From Octopus vulgaris (Eukaryota): DNA of 64,000 bases. A model generated the notes under the pieces. That model did no database searches. It was not told the origin of the DNA and saw only the letters and a list, made by a program, of their open reading frames with translations. The stretch spans positions 72,912,001-72,976,000 of the forward strand of contig OX597833.1 of the NCBI GenBank assembly GCA_951406725.2. Direction: 5' to 3'. Shown here piece by piece: positions 1 through 13,636 of this stretch. Positions within the stretch are counted from its first letter, which is position 1. Each line of letters starts with the position of its first letter. A program made the translations under genes and the position numbers.

Positions 1-471
1 GAAGTTGTTACTTGAACCATTTTCAGGAGAGAGTGTGTTGGAGGAGGAGGAGGAGAAGGAGAGAGAAAGAAGCGGGGGGGGTCGGCTTTCAGAAGCAGCT
101 GCAATCAATGACTCACTCGTGTCACTCCCACTTCCAGCCCGGTCTGCTCTCACTAACCACCATCATCATCGTCATCATCATCGTCATCGTCATAAGAATC
201 ATGTGAAATGGTGGAGCATCGGCGTGGCGGGGGAGGTGGAGATTAAACGGTTTCAAGAATATGACAAACGGTTTGCTCCAGAGGTCAACGATCAAAGGCA
301 TTCCAGCCATGACCATCGTCAGACTGCACACACACACACACACACACACTGAAAGAGGCTTGAGTGAGATTTAACTGCCATTTATAACAATTCCAGACTC
401 CCTCGCTGATCTGCCTAATTTAATATAAGCTGTTTAACCACAGGTCAGTTCTAAACAGGCACAACTACCTA

Positions 472-678
472 TTCGGTTGGTGCATAAGTATTGCGGCTTT
501 TTTTTTTTCAACAAAAATAATAATATTTAACAAAAACATCTTTAAATGATGGTCTGACCGTCTGCCAAGCAAATGGGAAGCAGTAATTGAAGTAGATGGT
601 GAATATGCTCCGGAATAATCATTTGGAGATGTTTTCGTTACGTTGAAAAAAAGCCGCAATAATTATGCACCAACCCAA
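472..678 (+). mobile_element. Internally deleted mariner (Tc1/mariner) non-autonomous element
   Basis: ~31-bp TIRs (TTCGGTTGGTGCATAAGTATTGCGGCTTTTT / AAAAAGCCGCAATAATTATGCACCAACCCAA), TA on both sides (470-471, 679-680). Interior encodes the mariner transposase C-terminus DRLPSKWEAVIEVDGEYAPE*. Confidence 0.9.
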
Positions 679-2399
679 TATAATCGAGAATTCTCAGTTG
701 TAACCTTCCTGCAGTAAGTATATCAGACATTAACTGTATTTTTCTTTTCTTTTTTTTTTTTTCGTGTGATTTAAATAAGATTTGACTGCTATTTCTAGCA
801 TGTCGAGCGACCACGTAGTGTCCCTAAATACGGATAGATGGACAAATGATCCGTCTACCCCTTCCCCAGCTTTTGACTGCTGATCGTTTCTTTAGAGTAA
901 TGAGATGGAAGAGGTCAGTCCACTGCCCCTTTCTTCACAATAAATAAAAATGCCAGTAAATTGGATCTAAATCAGGTCCTTTATACAAGACAGGAGGGCG
1001 ACGCAGAATTGGGATTTAATTTCCACAAATGTTGACGTCTATGAAGGTTTTGTGAAATTGTGGAAACAGATTTTATATTTCGGGACGGTCATTTTCCAAA
1101 ATAAATACACGCACTGTATGTTCGTTCTTCACTTGTTACTATTACTGTTCTTATTTTATGTCAATTGTCTGGAAAGTTTTTTGTCACACACCTGTGACCT
1201 CTTCGGTGACTTTGCATCCCACGTGTCTCCTGTTCTATGGTACGTGTCCTCATCTGCGCATGCGTTCGCGTGTACCCTTTATCATTTCATCAAGGGATTA
1301 CAGACCGCAATCATTAATAAACCGAATGATAATCCTGCCTTATACGAACTCTGGGCTCAGCTAGCACCGACTGACAGACTACCTAGAACAGACCCCTATC
1401 CAAGGTGACGTACTCCTTTCCTCTAGCTTAAGAATTACAAACGGAGAAGGCACGAAGTTACGCGAGGGCTCGTGGCCTGCTAGAAATAGCTAAATCTCCC
1501 TCAAATTGTACCCCCAACTCGCGTTGTTAATCGCCTTTAATCTATTCCAATTCTGTTCTGATTCAAGAAATACTTGGATGGCAATAAAAGTGAAGAGAGT
1601 AAAGTCAGAGGTTGACAGATTTTAACCGAGAATATGTGATGTGGGGGAGGTTTTACCTACTCTGGTTGCCATACCAACCACTCAGAGGCTATCTCTCCTC
1701 TCGTTGGCTCCTACAACCAACAAACATCAAACTGCGTGTGTGTGTGCGTGCGCTCACAAACAGCTTTATAATTGCTTCGTTGTTCAGATAAATAAAAATA
1801 AGGATTGGCTGTCCTGAGGAAGTTCTAGAACTTGTGAAGGGGAGGAAAAAAGCGGATTTATTTAGTTTTACTATGAAATAAATAGCAACAAATACCGTGA
1901 GAATGCGGAAGAGGGAGAGGAAGAGAGAGAGAGGGGGGGGGATTAGTTTCAACTTAATATCTTGGCAGCGAATATAGACGATGTTATCTTACATTGACTG
2001 AGAACGGCCATGCTGGAACACCACCTTTAATGGCTTTATTTGATCATACAGTACTTTTATTGATCTATTTTATTTGTCATTTCGTTTAAAAAAAGCATAA
2101 AATTGGTTTTGTTATTTTTTTTAAAAACCATAAACTCGAAATACCATGTTTGGCCGCGCAACAAATTCTGCAAGCAACTCAATTGTCAACGAGAGAAGAG
2201 ACTAACAGACACCACCACGCCAGCTCAAAGTGCAGCACAATGAGATGGAACCCGGAACCATGCGGTCGAGAAACGAGCATCTTACCCCATGGCCCTATCT
2301 GCAAGTTTTATCTAAATCTCCGATCATCTCCAACAAATCCATTCCAATGACAATCTCCTCATCAAGAGTCTGCTATTTCCAAATAATCTTTATACAACA

Positions 2400-2590
2400 A
2401 CGAAAACTGGTTTAGCTAGCAGCAGACCAATTCTAAACTTACCTATCGTTAAAGACATTCTAGCCGTGACCATCCTGCATTTTCAAAGGTATCTAAGAAG
2501 TGCATTACTAAACGTGCCCCTCTTTGTTAAGACTGCAGTGTTCGATTTAAGGAGGTCTGGTCTCTTATTTCTAGCAGGTCATTCGACCTA
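2400..2590 (-). mobile_element. Old SINE-like dispersed repeat (family C, GCTGCTATTTCTAGC motif), representative copy
   Basis: Two recurring blocks: AGGCATTCCAGCCATGACCATC-like and GATTTGGCTGCTATTTCTAGCAGG-like. Fragments also near 297, 785, 1478, 4192, 5350, 11668, 18803, 21608, 22911/23356, 24430-24530, 26460, 36886, 44790, 49501, 49585, 49879, 59996, 63512, 63916. (CAA)n tail seen near 44855-44890. Confidence 0.65.
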
Positions 2591-3139
2591 CTGGAAGGCT
2601 GTTTCGTTTTATCAATGAAAAATAAAAAAATTACAAAGTCCACAACGAAGTCACTTGAGACTAGAAAGGAAGAGATTAACAACGGTTTCAGAATTGATAT
2701 CAGTTATGTCAACGTATCGAGCCAGTCACCAAATATCATTCCATTACTGAATCAATAATATATGTACATATTAATTACTGCCAATGACTAATTAATGAAT
2801 TACAACAGCCGCAGCTTTAATAAGCGCCATTGTAGTTCATTGAGAATGTAATTAACTCTATTGATAATGTCGAAGTGAGCCGAGTTGTTCGGTGGCGGTG
2901 CCAGGCAAACATTGGACAGGAACACCGTGTTAAGCGGAATCAATAAATAAAAGGAAATCAGACAGAAACAAAAAAAAAAGGTTTCCAAAGTTCCTGGAAT
3001 GAATAGAAATCGTTTTGGGGCCGTCAGATATTTGAAAATGGAGGCAAGTAACAACGGCCACAAACAAACCTACCGACATCGAGTTCATTCTGAAATGTCA
3101 GAAATAATTAATGGAAAACAAGGCCAGTTCTTTTTATTT

Positions 3140-3535
3140 TCCTTTTGTTCAGTCAGTGGACTGCGGTCATACTGGAGCACTGCCTTGAAAAGATTTAAAT
3201 AAATCGACCTCCAGTTTTTTTTTGTTTTTTTTTTTAAAGCTTGATATTTTTTTTTGGGGGGGGGGTTAGCTTGATATTTCTGTTTCTTTTGTTGAGCCAC
3301 TAAGTTACGCGGACGTTTCCAAACAAACACCGGTTGCCAATCGGAAGAGTGCGAGCAAGCACAAACACAATATATATAAAACCGGCTTCCACAGTTTCCG
3401 TCGACCAAATTCACTCAGAAGGCATTATTCGGGCGGGGATGAAAGTAGAAGACACTTGCTCAAGGTGCCATGCAGTCGGGCTGAACCCGGAACCAGGAGA
3501 TAGCAAAGCAAGCTTTTTCACCACATAGCGATGCC
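3140..3535 (-). mobile_element. tRNA-derived SINE (family A)
   Basis: Reverse complement of family A: head GGTTCAG..ACTGCATGGCACCTTGAGCAAGTGTCTTCTAC, body ...GACGGAAACTG, tail AAGGCAGTGCTCCAGTATGACCGCAGTC..CTGACTGAAC. Confidence 0.8.
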
Positions 3536-3812
3536 CTGTCAGTTCGATTTTGTTTGTTTGCCTGCAACAGTTTTGAGGCGACGTCACGGAAGTAAGCGTT
3601 ATTGCTGCGAAATGAGGATTCGACACGATTCAAGAAATCAATAAACAGACAGTTTGTCAAGTACACCAAACCATCAGAAATGTTGGCGCAGACGTCGTCA
3701 CAGTTTCACGATAAGCTTTCTCGTCTTTTTTTTTTAAGAGAAATCAAAAAAAATGATGGAAGGACTTTTAGACCAACTTTAGATCTGGCTTTCGATCTAG
3801 TTGCTCCTCTCA

Positions 3813-3817
<5 letters not shown>

Positions 3818-3899
<82 letters not shown>

Positions 3900-3900
3900 A
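3818..3900. repeat. (TA)n(TG)n microsatellite
   Basis: Directly visible. Confidence 0.98.
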
Positions 3901-3991
3901 TCTATATAGTATTTCATATACCTGTAATTCTGTAATGTGTCTGTTGTTCAAATACCTGGCCTCTGGCTATTGATTTATTTCCATTAACTCA

Positions 3992-4172
3992 TTTTTGTTT
4001 AAATTGTGCAAAACTGGGTCGTAAATGTGTTCTACTCCTAAGTCTAACTCCTCTCGCTTCAGGAAATAATATTGGACAATTGTCGAGCTGATGACGGCTA
4101 TTGAGGCAGAATCGTGTCCCCTTATTTCCAGACAATAAGCCTGTACTTTTCCTTAATAGCATCTCAATTTTG
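3992..4172 (+). mobile_element. Penelope-like terminal-repeat remnant with decayed hammerhead ribozyme (copy 1)
   Basis: Homologous to 31747-31950 (TTTGTTTAAATT.TGCAAAA...AAATGTGTTCTACTC...CAATTG...AGACAATAA...CTTTTCCTTAAT...AATTTTGGAGA). Contains CTGATGA-CGGCT-ATTG-AGGCA-GAAT-CGTG-TC. Confidence 0.55.
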
Positions 4173-4559
4173 GAGACCCATGGTCAAAAGGGCTCCAACC
4201 GTGACCATCGTCTGTTTTCCATATCGGAGATTACTTCATTGTCAAATGCTGTCAACGTTTCAAAACGGCAGTGTATGGGGGGGGGGTTATTTCGGGAGAC
4301 CATCTCGAGAGGCTCTCTTCTAACCAGAAACCATTTCAGATGTTATCTTCTAATATTGACCAAGTTTATTCCTGGGAATTGATTTCTTGACCAACTCCAA
4401 AATAAACACCATCGCCAAACGATTCCGGTTTCAGATGGAAGGATTGTCATCGATGACTCGATACGCCATCGATTAATTTATGCAAATATGCTCTCCCATT
4501 GATTTATCGATACAGGATGACATTCGAATGTATTTTCCGTTTATATTTCCTGTATAAAG

Positions 4560-4915
4560 ACACGGGTGTGTGGCTAAGATGTTCGCTTCGCAACCACAAG
4601 GTTTCGAGTTCATGCCCGCTACTCGGCATCTTACGCAAGTGTCTTCTACTATTGCTCTGGCACAGTGCGTTTGGTAAACGGAAAGTGTGCAGAAGCCTGT
4701 TTTGTGTGTGTGTGTGTGTGTGCGTGCGTCGTCTTTGTCATTCCAATAGCTTAACAACCGGTGTTGGTTTGATTACGTTCTCCGTGACCAAGCGGTTCGG
4801 CGAAAGACCGTCAGAATACGTACCAAATCTCAAACAAAACGAAAAAGCAGTGGGGTCGCCTTCATCGAGTGGAGTTCACTCATAATGGCCGTGTACCAGT
4901 GTGGCCGCAGTCCAA
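4560..4915 (+). mobile_element. tRNA-derived SINE (family A) with internal (TG)n
   Basis: Head with B-box-like GAGTTCA, GCAAGTGTCTTCTACTAT, TTGGTAAACGGAAA, (TG)n, then 3' half GCGGTTCGGCGAAAGACCG...TGGCCGCAGTC. Confidence 0.75.
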
Positions 4916-7154
4916 ATCTTCTCAGTCTTAAACATCAAAAGCCCAATCCATCCTCCCACATTGATATCTGTGTTCTATAAGCAATTCCACCCGACCGTGT
5001 CACCCACCCATGCCGACTTGTAAACATTAGCCACATCAAAGTTCAGGAGGGTCTGAAAGGCTCATGGATTCGGATCGCTTCCTTTAAGGAAAACCAATAA
5101 AATAATTCTAAACTAAATTCATAAAATCCCTTAAAATTGTCAACGATTTGTTTCTTTTGTCCATTTTCTTCACGAAACAGATTTTCAGACTTCTTTTCAA
5201 TGACTTCTTGTTTTTATTAAGCAGTAGGTCAGTCTCCATCGTTCACGGCGTGAACAATCAGTTATTTTTTTTCCTCATATATATTATACATGTCAGACCT
5301 ACACAATTTTATCTTTTAAGACATTAGAATGTGAGTTGAGGCAACTTGATTGCTATTTCTGGCATTTTTACGAGTTCAAGTGACCTCATTAGTTCGTGGT
5401 TGTTAAGCCTCGAAGCCGGCCTTTAATGGGCAAAAACTTTCACAACCCATCTAGATTTTCGAACTTCATTACCCAAAGTGTGGTTTTGAGGAAAATTTAT
5501 TTCTAACGAGTGCAATGACAATATAGATACGTTCCCCCTTCAGCTTTTTTGATTCATTGTGGTCGTGACACGATTGGCCACAAAAAGGTCTCAACTTTCA
5601 CCGAAGCACATAGAAAGTACTTGGAAAGCATCCAGGGGCGAGTTAACGAAAGACTCCCAACAGAGACTCAGACTCCTTCCGTCAGAATCTATTTACATGT
5701 AAAATGGAGTTCATCAAGAAAGTGTAGCGTTTATTAAACACAGACAAAAGTACTAAACAGGGACCAGAGACGGAGTGGGAGGCTAGGAAGGGGGTTCTTG
5801 AGAGGGGGGGCGTAACTGTGAAGAGACACATAAAATCACTTTGGCCCTATCACGTCAAGCATGTCTTTACTTCATCCACCCTGGGCCTAACCCTACCATA
5901 GCTACAGAATGGGGTGCTAAATATTTGGCTCCTCAGAGCAAGAGTGACTAGCTGCCAATCCCCCGCCTCCTTTCTCTATGAAAACAACATGGTCGCCATT
6001 GCTTATCTCTTTAAATGTTACTTTACATGTAACTTACAGAGACCAGCTGTCTTTATAATTAATCACTTAATAACGGAGTGTAATCTTGCTTGAGTAGAGA
6101 GAGAGAGGGGGAGGAGAGAGAGAAAGAGCTAGAGAGGGGAAGAGAGAGGGGTGAGGGAGGAGGAGAATAAGAGCTGGAGAGCTTAAGCTCAGTAGTTCAG
6201 TGATTGTACTTCTTAATCTTTGATATAAAATAATACAACCATTGTCGACTACACTTGACCTCGGTTAGTCTGTTACTAGTTTCACCGTTGTTGAAATAGT
6301 GTTGTTGCTCTGAAAAGTTAGGCTTGCCTCAAACGCTGCTTCTTCTCTAACCCAACACCATTAAATGCAAACCAACAGCTAAGTTACAATCACAATTTGT
6401 CAGACGCCCTAGTTCTTTGCTTAGCTGCCAACTGGAGAGACAGAGAGAGCACGAACGTGGGGGGGGTAGATAAACTGTATAGAAATTTCCTTTAACACAA
6501 ATAAAGGCAATCGTATGTGTAGACCTCTACTTCCGGCGGAATCGTAAGGGCGTCGTTGTAACAACATTCTGTGTATATTACCAGTCTTCCATTTGTCCTG
6601 GATATCTGCCAGGGCTCGCACTTCCGCTAAAGTTTTGCCGGCTCATTTCTTCATGCCTCCCTCAATATATTTCTTTTAATGGTTTCAATCGTTGGACTAC
6701 AGACATGCTCAAGCACCATAATGAAAATGGTACAGCTGTTTCGTTATGAGATTTTGTGATGTAAGCATTCAGCTATGCATTCTGCATAACATCCATAAGA
6801 TTACGTAATATATTAGTCAAGCGTCAACTCATCAGGCCAATCAAATGGCCAAGCAGGTAGTGGACGTGTTGATGGATCAAAGTTCATCAAGAAGTGAAAT
6901 TTCAAATCAGAATTACCAACAATCTAAGAAATGTAAAGTGGGCGGGACTGCAACCTGTCAATCAATGACGGGGCATAACTGAGAAATGTTGTAAATTAAA
7001 GGCATTTCTATTCGAACGATGTCATTAAACTTTGCAGCTTCATTCGTCAAGTCTAGCAATGGCAGAAGGCGCATGAAGAGCAGCCGATAGGAGGCGCCAA
7101 AAGTGACACTCACTATCAAAGCACAAAAAAACCATTTGCAGAGTTTTACATATT

Positions 7155-7330
7155 TAATTATTTGACTGCGGTCATGCTGGAGCACCGCCTTCAGTCGAAC
7201 AAATCTACCCCTGGACTTACTCTTTGTAAGCCTAGTACTTATTCTAACGGTCTCTTGTCGAACCGCTAAGTTAAGGAGACGAAAACATACAAACATCAGA
7301 TGTCAAGCGATGGTGGGATGACAATCATCA

Positions 7331-7372
<42 letters not shown>

Positions 7373-7512
7373 CATATATACGACGGGCTTCTTTCAGTTT
7401 CCGTCTACCAAATCCACTCACAAGGCTTTGGTCGGCCTGAGGCTACAGTAGAGACACTTGCCCAAGGTGCCACGCAGTGGGACTGAACCTGGAACCATGT
7501 GGTTGGGAAGCA
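7155..7512 (-). mobile_element. tRNA-derived SINE (family A), near full length, internal (TA)n
   Basis: Reverse complement matches family A head (GGTTCAGTCCCACTGCGTGGCACCTTGGGCAAGTGTC), body (GTGAGTGGATTTGGTAGACGGAAACTGAAAGAAGCCCGTCG) and tail (AAGGCGGTGCTCCAGCATGACCGCAGTCAAAT). Confidence 0.9.
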
Positions 7513-7707
7513 TGCACACACACACACTAATCTCGAACAGAGAGAATGAGTGCTCAACACTGCATTGGTGGATAAACATTATTTGAGGGTTAACAAGGCA
7601 ACCAATGGTTTCATATGGAACGAGTCCCAGCATTTCCATGTGACACACTAAATGTTATCTAAAATTATGGGCAAAGAAAGAAATAGCAAAAAATATTTGA
7701 AAATTGT

Positions 7708-8200
7708 GGTGGGGGTGAAATTGCCGAGAGTTCCACCCCACCCCGTTTTCCGGACCCCAAAAAAGGGGGGTTGTAGCTTATTAAGTCACCGAAATTCAGT
7801 CAACGAAAATAATAAAAAAATTTCCAATGATTCCAGGATAGGGGGGATTCCCACCCACTCCCTTTTCCACCGAACAAAAATAAGGGGTTCACTGCATATT
7901 AGGAAGTCAGAGTACTTGATTCGAAGCAAAAAATTCGAGTTTTTTTTTTTTTTTTCTTAGTGAAAATCGTGCGATTGAAAAGATCAATGGGGGTGAGGAT
8001 TAAATTTCTGAGGCTTCCACCTCACCCCACCCCGTTTGCCGGCCCCCAAAAAGGTTTTGTAGCATATTAGGTCACCGGAATTCATTCAACGAAAAAAAAA
8101 ATTCCAAGCTTTTTTTTTTCTCCAAACAAAAATAAGGAGTTTGCAGGATATCAGGATACTTGATTCCATGCAAAAAATCCGAGATTTTTTTGTTTTTTTT
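7708..8200. repeat. Diverged ~280-bp tandem duplication, probably internal repeats of a DNA element
   Basis: Shared blocks GGGGTGA, CACCCCACCCCGTTT, CCCCAAAAA, TTGTAGC.TATTA.GTCACCG.AATTCA.TCAACGAAAA, AACAAAAATAAGG, TACTTGATTC at 7710-7960 and 7990-8200. Confidence 0.75.
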
Positions 8201-11200
8201 CTAAAAAAAAAACAGCCAGAGATGGGACTAAACATTGGCGCGGATCGAACGCTTGACACTTGATTGAGCTGCTTAGTGTTGTGGAGCGGAGTGGGGGGGG
8301 CAGTCGAATCTACGTTTGCAGGCAAAGACAATTATGAACATGCTTCGGTCTATTTAAACCTCATCAACAAATTGGTGGATAGATTTTGGCTGTGAATAAT
8401 TTCATGCTGTTTTATCTTTATTTTTTGTGCACGGCATTCATTACAAAATCCTTCTAATTGAACTGATTATTTCTTCACAAATTGCAAAACTAGACATTAT
8501 GTGCAGCAAAGCCGACTGAAGTTACACACAAACCCTAATTGTTTTGTCAAATAGCTCAACACAATGCTTTCGTTAATTGGCCAGAAATGATGTTTGTTTA
8601 AATCGCGTAAGAAATAAGTAACCAGTCATGTGAAAGGGTTGGACCATTTGAAAAAACGAAGGTCAACTAAAGGCCAAAGCGTGAAGAAGCTGGATGCAGG
8701 GCGGAAAGGAAGGAGGAAATAAAAATACCGATTGCGAAAGGATGGTTGCATATAAGACTATTTCATAAGTCTAAGGATGTCGAATAATTGATAGAAATCT
8801 GTCGGAAGATAAAGTAACTAAGATGCAGTCTGCAGTCGTTAAAATGCTTGTAAAGGATGACCGTACATTGCAGGGAAAAACAAAATTGGGTTCAATACTG
8901 CTTTATTTAATTAAGGTGGGAAAGCAAAAGGTTTAATAATAGATGCGTTTAGAGGAGGACCCGAGCTGAGATTTGATGCGAGGTTTCAGCTAAAACTCAA
9001 AAACCAGGAATGTTTATCACTACTTTTAAAAAGGAGCCGAATATGTAGTCATCTGATCTGCAAGAAAAAGCTGCTAAGCACATCCCCAAAGTGGCAAGAC
9101 ATTGTAGTCTGGAAAAAAAGTAGATAAAAACGTAATCTGATCACATCTGGAAAAAAAGAACTCTTTATTTCGCTGGTTTGCCCTGCGACATCTGGATAAA
9201 CAACAATATTGAGTAATGGTTAATAAAATATAAAAAATTTCAAAGTGTTAAAATATAATTTATAAACAATTAAAAAAAAAGTATATAGTTAGTTGATAAC
9301 GTATTATAATGCAAGAGAGAAAATAAGGAGGAGAGGAGGAAGGCCAGAGTAAATAACAGTGGCGACAACCAACAGGCAGTATTAGTAAAAACTCCACCGA
9401 GGAAGTCTAATAACACCGAAACATGCCTAGAGTTGTCTGTACTGTTAAGCTCTGACACTCCCATAGCGGTATTCTATTTTAGTTAAAATTTTCGAGTTTC
9501 TCTTTGCTTTTCTTTACAAGAATTTATTAAGCTAAGGATTTTTTTTTTTTTTTGCGGATATGTTTTTAGCTAATTCTTTGGTTTAATATTTACATTGTTA
9601 GCACCGATCTTGAAAATCACTAAAAATTTTGAAACAGTTAAGTTGGATCGAAGTTAAAACGAAGAAGCAGCGGGAAACGGTGAGAATGTTTAGAGAAAGT
9701 AAACCAAGAAGCGGCTGGATAAGGAAAATATATTTGGAGACCCTTGACAAGATTATTAAAGCAACAAGAAAAAACAAAGGCTTTAAACGGCAACAAGTAG
9801 CGAGAGAGTAATTAGTTCTGGGCGTGTTCTTGGATGTTGGTAAGGATGTGCGGGAGTTGGCTGAAGGCAGGAGCCAATGGAAGAGGAGGAGGACACATGC
9901 GGTCTTTCGGTCCGTTTCGATGCAGCAGCGAAATCCAATGATTATGTCACTTTCAAAATAAAAAGGGGGGGACGAAGGAGAGACGGCTACACTGTGTGTG
10001 TGTGTTGCTTAGGCCCCGGTCAGCGCTGATCAAAGGTATTCTAACCATCACCATTCTGTCTTCCACTCCTCCTCCTCCTCCGATCCATGCAGAGACCTCG
10101 GGATGGAACCTCTCCCTCGTCGCTCCTCCAACTGATGCGTCTCTTCGTTAATTTACCAGCAAGTGGATGAGTATTCCAAATACGATGAATCCGACAAGAT
10201 TCCAGTCTTGCTCTTTCTGTCTTCACCTCCGAGTTGCTGCGTGAATTAATGTATGGTGCAGTGTAGTGCGAGTGGTATACTGAGGTGCAGTGTATATTGT
10301 AGTGATTAGCGTGGTGGTGGTGGGCTGGAACGGTGGGGGGTGTATTTCATTTGATGGACGAGTTATTATTGAAACAGCTGAAATAAGGAAATGAAAGCAG
10401 GTGAATGAAGAAGCGAGATCACTGAAAGTTACCTCCCATCCTTCCTCGCTTTTTGTCTTTCTTTGCAAACGTTTATCTTCTGAGAAAGGAGAAATGGCGA
10501 GTTGTCTTTTGTGGCAGCCGCTGAGTACCACGATTATCGCACAAACAGTTCTAGGTTGGTTGTCAGAAAAAGAGGGAAAGTTATTTTAATTAGTCACACA
10601 GCACACAACACGCACACACACACGCACACACACACGCTTGCATCGGGCCACACAACAGCATCCACCCACACACCCACACACACGATCACATCGGGCCGCA
10701 CAACAACGTCCATACACCATATGAATGTGGATGATTACTCGGTCAAGTACTTCATAGAGAGAGAGAGAGTGTGTGTGTGTATGTGAGAGAGGGAGACAGA
10801 GAGAGAGAGAGAGAGCGGGATGTGAGTGTGTTCAGGGTTTATTACAGACGCTTCTTTGATGGGGGCAGATGAAGGATTATTAGGTTTTTGAAGTTTTGCA
10901 TGGAATCCAGCCGGTATGAGCGCATGCCCCCCATTAAAAGGATATCTTTGCCAACAACAATTTGAACTTGCGTCCAATCTGGCGAACCGTCACAACTCTG
11001 CTCTAGACACAACAGCCTGGCATTAAAAACAAAAATTTAACAGAAGGAATAAGTTTAAATTGTTTCCGTTACATTATTTTTTACCAATAGCTGGGACAAA
11101 AAAACAAAAACACGCAAAAGAAACGAAAAAAAAATCACTGAGTGACCTTTGCGTTTATTTGGTTCAAGCATTAAAATAGCTAAAATGCAGCGCTTGTAGA

Positions 11201-11441
11201 TCGGTCGGTTTGACACAGGAGGGGAAAAAACATCAGTTTCCTACAAAATTTTTAACTTCTCAATTTACTGAATCTATATTTACATTTATTGTTTCTCCAG
11301 TTACAACTAAATACATGGCCACTTGAGCAAGTCTTTCAGCTTCGACTATTTATTTCAATTTTTCATAAAATAATTTATTATAATGGATTCCTAAATATCG
11401 TGTTTTTGGGGGTTTTTTTAAGGTGGCAGGGTGTGATTTAA

Positions 11442-11652
11442 CCCTTTAGTATTGAAACCGGCCATTTCAAGTGCAAATGTTTTATTTTCAAACCGACAAG
11501 ACCAGGCCTTTCAGACATACCCTACAATGCCATTTTAAAAATAAACAGTCACGTCGTTGAAATCTCAAAGCTAGAAGATACTGAACGATAAATTCAAAAT
11601 GATGTAATTAAATAACAATTACATTTACTGGGGTTATCTTAGTGCTAAAGGA
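11442..11652. mobile_element. piggyBac-like MITE
   Basis: TTAA at both ends (11438-41, 11653-56). TIRs CCCTTTAGTA / TGCTAAAGGA. Interrupts a family C repeat. Confidence 0.7.
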
Positions 11653-13636
11653 TTAAAAGAAATCTGACTGCTATTTGTGGCAAATCGAGCGAAGAGATAA
11701 TAGCTTCCTTGATAAATCGTCATTTAAATAAGGGGGCCCCGTCTTAATAACGAAGCAAGTCCTAGATGAGGCCTGGCATTTTAAATGCAAGAGACCCACT
11801 TGCACGAAAACATATTTAAAAGGCCTTTTATATATCTTAGATTTGTCAGGCGATGAATCTTTCCGAGTGGATCCACAGAAGACTCCCTGCCGTTTCTCCT
11901 CTTCTTAAATGAGATACCATCAATTGCTTTCGCTGTTTATCTTTGTTTTTATCTGAATGATAATTTGTCACCCACTTGGCACACTACTAAAATAGGATAT
12001 TCAACTGATGTCGACGAACACACACTGAACCAAGGCACCCTGCCTTGGTTCGGTGTGTACAACGAGAAAATAAACCATTGCTATTATGCAAAAGTGTAGT
12101 AACTCCAAAACATCGCTTTTTTCAGAAAACGAAAAAATAGTTTCACCATTCCATAACAAAACCGTTGTACTACACTTTGACAATTTTTGATATCTTGGCA
12201 TCCAAAGCGGCTGGAGATACGATAGTTTGACCAAAAGAACCGGCTATTGCAAGCAAAAATTGAAAAAGACACATTTGGCCAAATTTGGACATAGGAAAGA
12301 TGCTTTAACGTAATAGCGACAAAACGAAATGAAACAAATTGCATTCTAAGCAGGAAGAGAAGGGACACTGCTGGGCCCACCAGTGATTGAGGTTAGTAAG
12401 AAGTTTTGAAGGTGAATGGTTGAAATAGGGATATATAAAGGGGCATGTGGAAAGGGCTTTGTATGGGGTTTCAAAGAGAACAAAGAGAGTGGCAGAAACA
12501 AAACAGATTTGAAGTGGTGAAATATTCATATTTAACCAACAATCAGAGAAACAACCGATTCGATCACCCGGCCAGAATGTTAAAATAAACTACAAAAGAC
12601 TAAATTGATATTATCGTAAATTGATAGATGTTATTATTCCATTCCCTTCAATTTTAAATCTGCTCCTTTATTGGATTTCAATTTGTTGCACAGAAATTGA
12701 TATTCATACGTAACGACCCCGGTCCCCCCGCTTCCACCTCCTATATGCCGGGTAGTTTTGTCTGGGTAGTTTTGTCTGGCAGTGCCGCGAGGAGAGGCCA
12801 TCATCCATCAAGCTATTCACGAAAGAGGGGGAGATAAAATAATTTCATATCCGAGGAATAAGTAAAATATGGAAATGTTTAACAACTGAGAAGCTAAATA
12901 ATTCACACATGGCAGACGTTCACCCGATCAAGAGATAAAAGCCAACTCTGCCAGTGAAACAGACGACTACGAATATCGTGATTAAAACCAAAAGAAAAAA
13001 AAAAGCGACCTTGACTCATTAACTGATAAACGATGATTACATTTCTCCGTTAATCTGTGTCGTTATTGTTTCAACCATCGACATTCCATAAATATTAGGG
13101 AAAAAAACAATTTGATGAAATATGAGAAAACGCTTCAGGATATGAGACGATTGTTTAAACAGGAAAAAAAATGGTTAATGACACAGGACAAGGAGGGGGA
13201 GAGGGAGAGTAAGGGGGAGAGAGAGAGAAAGAGAGAGAGAGAGGGAGGGGGGAGTTGAGGAGGATGACATAAAACAGGGATCAAATATGTGCCTGGGAAC
13301 AGAAAGTCCCCTTAACATAAAATCCCAAGAAAGACTGGAATTATGTAATTTACTGAATAATGAGACCAAGTCCCTAAAACATCCAACTAGGTTTACTGGC
13401 CCTGTTAAGGGGCTGACACTGTAAAGGGGCTGGCACAGCTCTGATCGAACCGTCCAACCCATGCCAGCACAGAAAACGGACGTTAAAGGATGATGATTAA
13501 CTCCATACCAACCCTTTGCATCTAAAATCTAGAGAATCTTTTATGTGCATGCACACCACCACATCATCGTTTATCAATGATCCATCGACAGGGTTTCATA
13601 ATGTCTAATTGTTGTGGAAGAGCGAAGAATCTAAAG

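Noticed and set aside
5558-6038. Possible solo LTR (TG...CA, minus-strand AATAAA)
   Set aside because: No matching TSD and no second copy in the window.
9640-9900. Possible RTE 3' remnant (DVRELAEGRSQW)
   Set aside because: Similarity limited to a few residues.
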